Source: Cryomorphaceae bacterium
GTDB taxonomy: Bacteria; Bacteroidota; Bacteroidia; Flavobacteriales_D; Cryomorphaceae
Reading direction: 5' to 3'
Assembly: GCA_047632755.1 (NCBI GenBank)
Contig: JBLIDT010000009.1
Location: 17,424-81,423 of the forward strand
Length of the DNA: 64,000 nt
A model generated the notes under the pieces. It worked only from the letters and a program-made list of their open reading frames with translations. It searched no databases and had not been told where the DNA came from. The first letter of the stretch is position 1; each line of letters starts with the position of its first letter. The position numbers and the translations under genes were made by a program. Of this stretch, positions 1 through 8,970 are shown in pieces.

Positions 1-1282
1 AGAGCTGCTCAGGTTCACAAGAAATAGTTTGAATCCCCTGTTTTCTTAGCTTATTAGCGATCTCTTCACGCTCGCTCGCTTGCTTCGCGGCCAAAGTGAC
101 ACGGTACACATCTTCTACTGATTCTTTGGGCTGGTCGGCCTTATCCATCAGCTCAGAATCTTTAAAGAGAACCATCACTAAGAGGTGCTTACGACTTATT
201 TTTTTGAGAAGAGGCAATGCCCGATCAGCGGTATGTTTGGTTTCAAAATTAGCGAAGAGAAGTATCAAACTTCTATTTCTGGCTAGTCGATTCACCGATT
301 TGAACAATAGCTCAAAATCGGGTTCTAGGGTTCTCTCTTTTTCGTGGTAAAGAGAGTCGAGTATTTTTCTGATTTGTCCTGATCGATTCTCCGCTCGAAG
401 CGCAGTTCCAATTTTATTTGAAAATGTAATTAGGCCAACATTGTCATATTTCTTCAAAGCTACATTTGAGATAGCCAGAGTGGCGTTGATCGCATAATCC
501 AAGTAGGTAACATTGCGAAAAGCCATCTTCATAGCTCGTCCTTTACTGATGACACAATAGAGGTTTTGGCTTCGCTCATCTTGGTAATGATTTACCATGA
601 GTTCGCGAGTCTTACCAGTCGCCTTCCAGTTTATGCTCCGGTAATCATCACCCTCCGTAAATGGAGAAATTTGTTCAAATTCATAACTCTGTCCTATTCG
701 TTTGTGCCGCTTATGGCCCATCGGCGACGCCATTCTACTAAAAGCCAATAGCTCGGTATCATGCATTTGTTTTATGCTAGGATACACGGCGATTTCTCTT
801 TCCAAGGGCAATGATATTCGGCGTTTTATGAAGTGCAAGGGGCCTTCCAACAGTACGTTTAAGGTACCGAACTTGTATATCCCTCGATCGATTGGTCTCA
901 TCTTGTACATGGCTGTGTTTCTGCCAGGTTCAAGAGTTTTTTCAATCCTGAAGTTGCGCTTTTGCAACTGATCGGGCAATTCGTCGATTATAGTCGCCTG
1001 AAGGGGCATCGGGCTGCTGAGCTCAAGAAGTATTTTGACTTCAGTATCATCCGTCAACCCTAAGATCTTTGGCAATTCTCGTTTGCCTTTTAGTTTTACA
1101 TTCTTGCTGAAAAGGATGACCGCATCAGCAGCGCTGAGAACAACCAGCATAGCTGCCACCACCTGCCCAAGCCGAAAGAGCATTGGAAAACTGAAACCGA
1201 ATGCACATAAAAATATAGCAGTGGCTCCCGTCGTAAAAAATAGGGGAGTTAACCAAAGTTTTTGTGCCCAGCCTTTTCTCAT
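1..1282 (-). CDS. DUF58 domain-containing protein (3' end cut by the window edge)
   Basis: Not in the ORF track because it runs off the window. Hand translation of the minus strand from ATG 1282..1280 gives MRKGWAQKLWLTPLFF..., with two N-terminal hydrophobic helices and the DUF58-type motif GDDYRSINWKATGKT. The ATG overlaps the MoxR stop (ATGA). Confidence 0.8.
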   Translation of the reverse strand, partial: MRKGWAQKLWLTPLFFTTGATAIFLCAFGFSFPMLFRLGQVVAAMLVVLSAADAVILFSKNVKLKGKRELPKILGLTDDTEVKILLELSSPMPLQATIIDELPDQLQKRNFRIEKTLEPGRNTAMYKMRPIDRGIYKFGTLNVLLEGPLHFIKRRISLPLEREIAVYPSIKQMHDTELLAFSRMASPMGHKRHKRIGQSYEFEQISPFTEGDDYRSINWKATGKTRELMVNHYQDERSQNLYCVISKGRAMKMAFRNVTYLDYAINATLAISNVALKKYDNVGLITFSNKIGTALRAENRSGQIRKILDSLYHEKERTLEPDFELLFKSVNRLARNRSLILLFANFETKHTADRALPLLKKISRKHLLVMVLFKDSELMDKADQPKESVEDVYRVTLAAKQASEREEIANKLRKQGIQTISCEPEQL

Positions 1283-2331
1283 TTAGGCACCTCTACTTTT
1301 CGGATTAAGCTCTCTATTACTTCTTTGAGTTCTATTCCTTCTATTTCACGCTCGTAGCTTAAGATCAAGCGGTGATTCAAAACAGGGAAAACCGCTTTTT
1401 TGATGTCGTCGGGTGTTACGAAACCGCGTCCGTTCATCAATGCCAATGCTTTCGAAGCTTTGAGGATACCCAAAGAGGCTCTGGGTGACGCGCCCAAATA
1501 AAGGTCGCTATTGTTTCTCGTGCGGTCTACTATTTGGGCAATGTAAGTGATGAGTTCATCCTTGATGAAAATCTGCTCCACCACTTTTCGGAATTTGAGG
1601 AGATCTGCACCACTAAGCACGGGGTTAATCTGGTCTTCACGATTTCCGTAGAAGTCAGATTTGAATCTTCTAAGCATGATTTCCTCCTCTTCGAGACTGG
1701 GGTAGGTAGCCACCAGCTTAAAGATGAAACGGTCGAGCTGTGCTTCGGGCAGTTTATAGGTTCCTTCCTGCTCTACAGGGTTTTGGGTAGCCACTACAAA
1801 AAATGGAGGGTCGAGCTTGTAAGTATGCCCATCCACACTCACCTGCTTCTCTTCCATTACTTCCATAAGGGCGGCCTGGGTCTTGGCTGGAGCTCGGTTT
1901 ATCTCATCTATCAGAACTACATTGCTGAAAATCGGCCCCTTTTTGTAATGAAACTCGGAACGCTTCATGTCAAATACCGTGGTTCCAATAATGTCGGTTG
2001 GCATTAGGTCAGGCGTAAACTGAATACGCGTGAAGTCTACCGCGATACATTTGGCTAAGAGTTTTGAAATCAACGTTTTCGCAACACCAGGAACACCTTC
2101 TAACAGAACGTGTCCATCGGTGAGAAGGGCTGCAATCATGAAGTTGATAATCTCCAACTGACCGACGATCACTTTCTCAATTTCCTTTCGGATTTTGTCA
2201 ATAGCAAGGCCTGTCTCGTATGCTTCCGCGCTGAGCTGACTTTCAGGGATAGACTCCTTTGGTGGCATTTTGGGAACCGCGTTTTCTTCTTTTGGCGTTT
2301 CGCTCTCTTGGCTTTCGTTTTCTAGGGACAT
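1279..2331 (-). CDS. MoxR-family AAA+ ATPase
   Basis: 350 aa. Walker A GVPGVAKT, Walker B VVLIDEINRAPAKTQ, and ATQNPVEQEGTYKLPEAQLDRF, typical of MoxR. Confidence 0.92.
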   Translation of the reverse strand: MSLENESQESETPKEENAVPKMPPKESIPESQLSAEAYETGLAIDKIRKEIEKVIVGQLEIINFMIAALLTDGHVLLEGVPGVAKTLISKLLAKCIAVDFTRIQFTPDLMPTDIIGTTVFDMKRSEFHYKKGPIFSNVVLIDEINRAPAKTQAALMEVMEEKQVSVDGHTYKLDPPFFVVATQNPVEQEGTYKLPEAQLDRFIFKLVATYPSLEEEEIMLRRFKSDFYGNREDQINPVLSGADLLKFRKVVEQIFIKDELITYIAQIVDRTRNNSDLYLGASPRASLGILKASKALALMNGRGFVTPDDIKKAVFPVLNHRLILSYEREIEGIELKEVIESLIRKVEVPK

Positions 2332-3536
2332 CGTAAATAGAATTCAGTTATTTCGCGATCAATTTTAAGTAGTTCGCTATCATTCAAGGTGCTATTGTAT
2401 CGCGAGCGCTCCAGCTGCTTGAAAAATAGCTCAATATAATCCTTATCCAGTTTTAATTTAGCCGAAGCCAACTCATAGAAGTCATCATCGAGCTTGTTTG
2501 CATTAAGGCTGTACCTATTTCGCAAAAATGATTGAAGCAGCTTTACCTGACTCTGCAAGATATCCCGATGGCTTCCCTCTTTGCGAAACAAGCGATAAAC
2601 CATATCTAAGTAGGCCGATGTTTGATTTTCGGGCAATGATACCACAGGAATGGCTCTTTGCTTTCGGCGCATACTGTTGATGATGTAAAGCAACGCCAGG
2701 ACCAAAGTGAGGTACCAAGCCCATTTTAATGATTGATGTGCTAGAATAAACTTGAGTGGGCTTTCGCCAATATTGGGACCTCCGCCGTTTAATGATGATG
2801 ATGCAATTCCTGGTTCGAGATAATAGACGCTTTCGCCTTCCACTTGGCCAATCAATCCATTTACGTAGTTGAACACGCTATCTTCTCTAAAATGGTAATT
2901 GGTAAAAACGAGTGGAGTCGTATGCAGAAGCAGCTTTCCGTTTTCCGTTTTTTTCTCGATCAGGTTGGCGTGTTTTTCTCCGTTAATTTCAATAAACCCC
3001 ATTTCCTCCGAGCACGGCAAATCTTTGAAGTAAATCCATGAATGCAAGCTGGGTTCATTGAACGCATCGAGGGAAAGCTCAAAAGATGCGCTTCCATCCT
3101 CAACCTTGATCGACATGGACTCCTGCTTATCCGATAGGGATTGGCCTGCGTCTGCGCCGCAATCATCTAAGTAGCGCAGGGTCTTTCCCGCCAATGTGGA
3201 GCTGATTAGCAGATTATTGCCCTTGTCTACAAATTGCTTTAGAAGGGAGGCTTCTGTAGAATCTATCCAAGCGTAACCGGCAATATAGACCATGGTCTTC
3301 CCAGTGCTTTCCAAGTAACTGGTATCTGCAAAAAGTCCTTCGAGCACTTCAAATTCAGCGGCTGACTCCGCTAAGACTCCTTTGAATAAACTCAGATCGT
3401 AAGGTTGGAGACCATCATCATTGTACGTTTCATTCCAAGCATACCGTTTATTGGCTTGAGCCAAAAAATAGACTACCCCAAGTAGCACTACTGCGGCAAT
3501 TGCAATCAATATGCTGTTCTTGCGATTCTTATCCAT
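2322..3536 (-). CDS. Membrane protein, DUF4350-like (conserved MoxR-cluster partner)
   Basis: 404 aa. N-terminal TM (ILIAIAAVVLLGVVYFLA) and a second TM near residue 270. It overlaps the MoxR start by 10 nt. The family name is recalled from the usual cluster architecture, not from a diagnostic motif. Confidence 0.6.
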   Translation of the reverse strand: MDKNRKNSILIAIAAVVLLGVVYFLAQANKRYAWNETYNDDGLQPYDLSLFKGVLAESAAEFEVLEGLFADTSYLESTGKTMVYIAGYAWIDSTEASLLKQFVDKGNNLLISSTLAGKTLRYLDDCGADAGQSLSDKQESMSIKVEDGSASFELSLDAFNEPSLHSWIYFKDLPCSEEMGFIEINGEKHANLIEKKTENGKLLLHTTPLVFTNYHFREDSVFNYVNGLIGQVEGESVYYLEPGIASSSLNGGGPNIGESPLKFILAHQSLKWAWYLTLVLALLYIINSMRRKQRAIPVVSLPENQTSAYLDMVYRLFRKEGSHRDILQSQVKLLQSFLRNRYSLNANKLDDDFYELASAKLKLDKDYIELFFKQLERSRYNSTLNDSELLKIDREITEFYLRCP

Positions 3537-4158
3537 TTTTTATGGATTCGATGAATGCTAAAAATCGAGGCTCGGCTCGGTCAAAATCAAGTTGATTCAC
3601 CTCATTCGCTCCGTACCAAGTGAATTCATGGAGAAGTGTCAGCTGGAAGAAATCTTGGGCTTTTTCCTGCCACGACATTTCTTGAGTGTACTCGCGGTTG
3701 GTCTTGTCGGCTGCGGCTTTGAGCTTGCCTTGAGAGTCAAGGTGCTTAATTATAATCTGATAGAGTATTCTCGTCGCTTCGCGAAAGTTCTTCTCTTCTT
3801 TTGCTTTTTTGTGCGCAGCCCACAGCTCTGCGAGCGGCGATAAAGCAGTTGGACCTTCTTCAGCAGAATCTACCTCTAACGCATTTTCTTTCTTTCCTTC
3901 AGATTTGACTCGATTACTCGTGACTAGGCGCACCACGATGAATATCAGTAAAGCCGCCAAAATCGCAATTGCGATGTATCGGAAAGCCACCACCCAGTCT
4001 AGGGTATTGATACCCGGTGCGTCGAAACCAAGTTCCTGCACTTCGGGCGGAGCTTCATTGAACTCCATTCCTTCTTTGTCATCCAGCCACGTTTTGCGGT
4101 CGAGTGGGGCTTGTATGTAGTGAAATTGCCCTGCCAGATATGTGATTCGCTCCATCAT
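3529..4158 (-). CDS. Membrane-anchored protein, DUF4129-like
   Basis: 209 aa. One TM (IAIAILAALLIFIVVRLV) followed by a helical C-terminal domain. It overlaps the next gene by 8 nt and the previous one by 4 nt. Confidence 0.6.
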   Translation of the reverse strand: MMERITYLAGQFHYIQAPLDRKTWLDDKEGMEFNEAPPEVQELGFDAPGINTLDWVVAFRYIAIAILAALLIFIVVRLVTSNRVKSEGKKENALEVDSAEEGPTALSPLAELWAAHKKAKEEKNFREATRILYQIIIKHLDSQGKLKAAADKTNREYTQEMSWQEKAQDFFQLTLLHEFTWYGANEVNQLDFDRAEPRFLAFIESIKNG

Positions 4159-5993
4159 TCTTGTTCCATTCCGTAAGCCCTGCGCTTGTTTCCGATAGCC
4201 TTAACTCTCTGAGCCAAGCCAATTGCATTTTTTGCTTCTTGCGCTGAGTAGTATTCAAGCAATTGGGAAAAAAGCGTGAGAGGGAGTACCAATGCCAGTC
4301 CAAAATGATCGACAATGATCAAACTCATTATGGCCACTTTTTCCTTGACTTCGTAGTCTGCATCAATATTCCATTGGAGAACCTCCACATAAAACCAAGT
4401 GAATGGCGAAGCCAATAAGACTAAGATCAGCATGGATAAGAGTGCAATGGATAGAAAAGTGACGAATACATGCCTTTTTGTCCCGTTCAAAAGAGCCAGC
4501 ATTGAGCCAAATGCATTTGGAAGTGATAGTTTTTCCGTAGCGGAAACGACTAGCCAGAAAGTGAGAAAAGGAATAGCAATGATGCCCAAGGCCGCCACCA
4601 ATAGTTGATCGCTTAAGATGCTCAATTCAAAAAGCGATACGATGACTAAGATTTTCAAAAAGAGCGATCCATTGACTTTAATGGATACGCTTGGGTATGC
4701 CTTATTAAATTGAAAGAAGCTGAATGCAGCCATAGCCGAGATTAAAACACAATTGAGAAAAAAGCTCAGCGGGAAGATCGAATAGTCGTGAAATTGATAA
4801 AGGCTGAATGGGTCAAACTCGCTTATGGCAATCAATCCGAGACGTTCCGACCCATTCAGTAAATAAAAGATGAATGTATAGATTAGAGCAAAACCCACCG
4901 CCACTCCTAAAATCGAAAAGAAAGATTTGCGATACACCATAAAGGTTGTCGTGAAGATTTCTCTTGTTTTTCGAAGTCCCAATAAATCGGGCAATTCTTG
5001 AATCTCGGGTATCAGTTCTTCTTGGTCGATGCTGCGTTTTGGTCTTCCGCGAAAGCGAAGAAAAGGATACCACCAAAAATAAGCCGCAACGAAAGCAAAG
5101 CACATAAAGATGAAGCTTCCTCTCAGCAGATCGGGCATCTCGGTGAGCCGAGTGAAAAAACCTTCAATAAATCCTGCTGTGATGAAAAACGGCACCAATC
5201 CTACCATGATTTTTATAGCCCTTCTGGCGCCAATTATAAAAGATTGTCGTCTTGGCAGCGTGCCTGGAAACAATAGTCCTCTTCCCATGGTGAGCCCAGC
5301 TGCTCCCGCTATTACAATTGATGAAATCTCGAGTGCGCCATGCATCCAAATGGTCAGGAAGCTTTCCTGAAGCAAGTCACGCTCAATGAAAAAATACTGG
5401 AACGTTCCGACCATGACCCCATTGTAAAGCATAATCACCAAGGTGCCAACTCCGAAAAAGGCCCCGAGAACAAACGTTCTGAAAGCGACCAAAATATTAT
5501 TGATCGTAATCCTGAAAAACATCCCGAATTCCTCGCTGGATTTGTAAACGCCCATAGGGTCGCCGTTTGCGATGTTTTCCTCCGTCATCTCCACGTATTC
5601 TGCGCCGAGAATGACTTGGGCAAAATCAGGATCATGAATAGTTGACAGAATCCCGATGGCCATAGACACTAGAAAAAAGAGGAGTGAAATATTCAATTCT
5701 CTTTTTGCTTCGTAGAGCGCTAAGGGGAGTTCATTGATCCAAAACCAGGTAAATTTTTTCGATTTATCCCCGCGTTGTCGATTGAGCTTGAGATAGATGC
5801 TTTGGGCCAAGCCGTTGAGGTAAACTCTGATACTCCGTTTGGAATAGTGCGTTCGCGAATACGACAGATCTTCAGTAATCTGTGAGAATAAATCGCTGAA
5901 TTCTTCGGGGTTGACTTGTGATTTCGCCTGTGACGCCTTCTCAAATCGTGCCCAATTCTTCTGATTTTGCTCTACAAATCTTTTCTCACGCAT
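4155..5993 (-). CDS. SpoIIM-like (DUF95) membrane protein with an extra C-terminal polytopic domain
   Basis: 612 aa. The N-terminal ~335 aa resemble stage II sporulation protein M / DUF95 (…WMHGALEISSIVIAGAAGL…FIEGFFTR). The C-terminal ~275 aa hold about 6 more hydrophobic helices. Confidence 0.65.
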   Translation of the reverse strand: MREKRFVEQNQKNWARFEKASQAKSQVNPEEFSDLFSQITEDLSYSRTHYSKRSIRVYLNGLAQSIYLKLNRQRGDKSKKFTWFWINELPLALYEAKRELNISLLFFLVSMAIGILSTIHDPDFAQVILGAEYVEMTEENIANGDPMGVYKSSEEFGMFFRITINNILVAFRTFVLGAFFGVGTLVIMLYNGVMVGTFQYFFIERDLLQESFLTIWMHGALEISSIVIAGAAGLTMGRGLLFPGTLPRRQSFIIGARRAIKIMVGLVPFFITAGFIEGFFTRLTEMPDLLRGSFIFMCFAFVAAYFWWYPFLRFRGRPKRSIDQEELIPEIQELPDLLGLRKTREIFTTTFMVYRKSFFSILGVAVGFALIYTFIFYLLNGSERLGLIAISEFDPFSLYQFHDYSIFPLSFFLNCVLISAMAAFSFFQFNKAYPSVSIKVNGSLFLKILVIVSLFELSILSDQLLVAALGIIAIPFLTFWLVVSATEKLSLPNAFGSMLALLNGTKRHVFVTFLSIALLSMLILVLLASPFTWFYVEVLQWNIDADYEVKEKVAIMSLIIVDHFGLALVLPLTLFSQLLEYYSAQEAKNAIGLAQRVKAIGNKRRAYGMEQE

Positions 5994-6103
5994 TTGTCTG
6001 GGTCAAGCACTCGAAGGTATTTAATTTCCTCTTTTTGAAAGAAGAAAATGTCTCTAGGTGCTTGAATCTTATCATTCGAATCAAATTCTCTAATTTCGAC
6101 ACG

Positions 6104-6817
6104 ATGAGGAAGATCAGTATCACAACAGCTCAAAACATTGTTATCGATTTTAGGCTTGCTACAATCGGTCAGAGGTTTTTGGCTTTTGCAATTGATATGA
6201 TCATCGTATCAGCGGCTTCAGCATTTTTGGCTATTTTCCTTTCTATAATTAACACCAATCTTTTGGTGATCAATGGATTGGTTGCCATGCTCTACACATT
6301 GGTCATGGAACTGGTTTTTTCGGGACAAACTCCTGGAAAGATGGCTTTGAAAATTCGGGTTGTATCCCTAGAAGGCAAAGAACCAGACCCTCTCGATTTT
6401 GTCATTCGCTGGTCTTTTCGAATTATTGATATCTGGTTTAGCCTCGGCGCACTGGCCGTTGTCATGATCAGTACATCGCCGAGAGCACAAAGATTGGGAG
6501 GCGTTCTAAGCAACACGATGGTTGTCAACCTTGGCTCTGAGTCGGGTCTCTCCCTGAGCGATATTTTACGAATCGAGGATCGATCAAAATACTCCCCTCA
6601 GTATTTTGACGTGATTCGCTTTAGCGAAGACGAAATGCTCACGGTAAAAGCAGTGCTCGATCGATATGCCAAATACCGAAATACAGCTCACTTAACTCTT
6701 TTGGAGAATACGGCCAACCAGTGCGGCCAAGTCTTGGAGTTAAATGAAATCCCTGAAAACAAGATTGAGTTTTTACGCACCCTCATCAAGGATTACATCG
6801 TTATCACACGCAGCTGA
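6104..6817 (+). CDS. RDD family membrane protein
   Basis: The ORF track entry starts at 5918. The likely start is ATG 6104 (MRKISITTAQNIVIDFRLATIGQRFLAFAIDMIIV), which avoids overlapping the divergent gene. RDD-like N-terminal membrane domain. Confidence 0.7.
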   Translation: MRKISITTAQNIVIDFRLATIGQRFLAFAIDMIIVSAASAFLAIFLSIINTNLLVINGLVAMLYTLVMELVFSGQTPGKMALKIRVVSLEGKEPDPLDFVIRWSFRIIDIWFSLGALAVVMISTSPRAQRLGGVLSNTMVVNLGSESGLSLSDILRIEDRSKYSPQYFDVIRFSEDEMLTVKAVLDRYAKYRNTAHLTLLENTANQCGQVLELNEIPENKIEFLRTLIKDYIVITRS

Positions 6818-7287
6818 TGATCATTAGAAAATATCCACCCCAAGAAACCCGCGACCGCATGAAGGTCTGGTGCGACCTCCAGGAAAGAGCACATTCAGAG
6901 GCGAGAAGGAAGCTCTTTAGCTGGGGTGTGTATGGAGAAGAAGCGGAAAACATTCTTGCAGAACTGATCAGTAGTAACTACCTCAATGAAGAACGCTTTG
7001 CTCGTGCTTTTGCTAGGGGAAAGTCACGGATTAAAGCTTGGGGTTGGAAAAAAATCGAAATGACCTTAAAGGCAAAAGGAGTTTCGGCCTATAGCCTTAA
7101 AGCCGCTCTAGAAGAGATCGATCAAGAAGAGTACTATGCTGGATTGATTCATCTTGCTACAAAAAAGGAACGCTTAATATCAGAATCAAATCCTTTTCAG
7201 CGAAAGCAGAAACTCTTGCGCTTTTTGGTGGGAAAAGGCTATTCCTACGATGAGTCAAAGAAAGCAGTGGAAGAAGTTCTGAATTAG
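6817..7287 (+). CDS. recX: Recombination regulator RecX
   Basis: 156 aa, with RecX-like repeats (ERFARAFARGKSRIKAWGWKKIEMTLKAKGVS). The start overlaps the RDD stop (TGATG). Confidence 0.75.
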   Translation: MIIRKYPPQETRDRMKVWCDLQERAHSEARRKLFSWGVYGEEAENILAELISSNYLNEERFARAFARGKSRIKAWGWKKIEMTLKAKGVSAYSLKAALEEIDQEEYYAGLIHLATKKERLISESNPFQRKQKLLRFLVGKGYSYDESKKAVEEVLN

Positions 7288-7322
7288 TCCTTGGGACTTA
7301 TCATTTCTGTTATTTTTGCGGT

Positions 7323-8412
7323 ATGATCACAATAGACAGTATAGCGCAGCTTGCTGGGCGTCTGGAGGCGCTAAGGGGGTATCTTTGACATACCTGGCAA
7401 GCTAACAGAAATAGAAGAAGAGGAAAAGCACACTTTGGATCCCGACTTTTGGGGCAATTCAAAAAAGGCGGAGCAGATTCTCAAAAAAATTCGAAATAAG
7501 AAAGTCTGGACTGACGCTTACGCCGATGTGGAAACCAAGATAGAAGACCTTCGGGTGCTCTATGATTTCTTCAAAGAGGGCGAGGCTGAAGCCACTGACG
7601 TGACCGAGCAATACGAAGCTACTATGGTTGCTATGGATGAGCTCGAGTTTAAGAATATGCTCTCTGCCGAGGAGGATGGTATGGACGCCGTTATGCAAAT
7701 AACCGCTGGTGCTGGAGGTACAGAAAGTTGCGACTGGGCTGCGATGCTCATGCGCATGTACATCATGTGGGGCGATAAAGGTGGTATGAAGATCAAGGAA
7801 CTTGCCATCCAAGACGGAGATGTTGCTGGGATAAAATCGGTCACCTTAGAATTTGCAGGAGAGTTTGCCTTTGGTTACTTGAAAGGAGAGAATGGGGTGC
7901 ATCGATTGGTGCGCATTAGCCCCTTTGATTCCAATGCCAAGCGGCACACTTCTTTCGTATCGGTATATGTTTATCCTTTGGTAGACGACACCATCGAAAT
8001 CCATGTGAACCCAGCAGATATTACATGGGATACCTTCCGTTCGGGAGGTGCGGGAGGCCAAAACGTGAACAAGGTGGAGACGGGAGTGCGACTTCGTCAC
8101 AAGCCTACGGGTATCATAATCGACAATACTGAAACACGTTCTCAGCTTGGAAACAAGGAGAAAGCCATGCAGCTTTTGAAGTCTCAGCTCTATGAGATGG
8201 AGATTGCGAAGAAATTGGAGGCGAGACAAGAAATTGAAGCCAGTAAGATGAAGATTGAGTGGGGTTCGCAGATCAGAAATTACGTGATGCAGCCTTATCA
8301 ACTCGTGAAAGATGTACGGACAGGACACGAAACATCAAACGTTGATGACGTCTTGAACGGCGATATTGACGGATTTTTGAAGGCCTACCTCATGGAGCAC
8401 GGAAACGCATAA
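7323..8412 (+). CDS. prfB: Peptide chain release factor 2, made through a programmed +1 frameshift
   Basis: Frame 0 runs from ATG 7323 for 21 codons ([21 protein letters not shown]) to an in-frame TGA at 7386-7388. The +1 frame continues from 7387 ([23 protein letters not shown]…) into the 7435..8412 ORF. SPF motif (RISPFDS) and GGQ motif ([18 protein letters not shown]) are present. Confidence 0.93.
7374..7389 (+). promoter_or_regulatory. RF2 autoregulatory +1 frameshift site (SD-like AGGGGG, then TAT CTT TGA C)
   Basis: The sequence agggggtatctttgac matches the classical prfB shift cassette: an internal Shine-Dalgarno-like element, the slippery CTT and the weak stop context TGA C. Confidence 0.9.
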
Positions 8413-8613
8413 TTATGGGTGTCTATAGAATCCATCATCATGCCTGCGGCTTGATCGCAGATCGGCGTTGCACTTGTTTTAAAAACAGTTATTCTCCTGA
8501 GGCGGACTCCTTGGTTTTTAAAACTGCCTGCGCCCCTGCCTTCGACTTGGTTTGGCAATTTGCTAATGAATCCTGTAGTTCATCCATTCGACATTATTGA
8601 CAAACTTCTAATT

Positions 8614-8967
8614 ATGGCTGAGAAATATACCATCTACCACAATCCCAGATGCCGAAAGAGTCGAGAGGCTCTCAACTTTCTAATCGAAGAAAAGGTAGAT
8701 CTCGAGGTAATAAAATACCTGGATGACCCCATTCAGTCCAAAGACTTTAAATTGCTTTTGGCAAGGCTCGATTTGAAAGTGAGCGACATTATCAGAAAGG
8801 AAGAGCAGCTGTTTAAGCAGAAGTACAAAGGCTTCGACTTTACCGACGAAGAATGGTTCATTGTTTTGGAAGAAAACCCAAAACTGCTACAGCGACCTAT
8901 AGTTGTAAAAGGCAGCAAGGCCGTGATTGGTCGACCGCTGGAAAATGTAAAAAACCTATTGAACTAG
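8614..8967 (+). CDS. ArsC/Spx-family protein (YffB-like)
   Basis: The likely start is ATG 8614 (MAEKYTIYHNPRCRKSREALNFL…). N-terminal CxxS/T-type ArsC-family motif; about 117 aa. Confidence 0.8.
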   Translation: MAEKYTIYHNPRCRKSREALNFLIEEKVDLEVIKYLDDPIQSKDFKLLLARLDLKVSDIIRKEEQLFKQKYKGFDFTDEEWFIVLEENPKLLQRPIVVKGSKAVIGRPLENVKNLLN

Positions 8968-8970
8968 ATT

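Noticed and set aside
1534-2007. Long antisense or alternative-frame ORFs inside well-supported genes. Examples: 1534-2007, 7846-8328, 8956-9537, 16470-16982, 28688-29101, 30884-31507, 37760-38149, 61824-62297.
   Set aside because: Each lies entirely within a gene that has clear family motifs on the other strand or frame. Their translations are low-complexity and motif-free.
5918-6103. N-terminal extension of the RDD ORF. Similar extensions occur at 30655-30729 (hemL), 30689-30727 (kynU), 50373-50465 (purS), 51112-51315 (pssA) and 24509-24562 (paralog 3).
   Set aside because: The extensions overlap divergent neighbours or lack signal-peptide logic. Internal ATGs give canonical N-termini.
8415-8600. 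61-aa ORF in the prfB-arsC spacer.
   Set aside because: It is Cys/His-rich with odd composition and overlaps the more plausible arsC-family leader. Nothing suggests coding potential.
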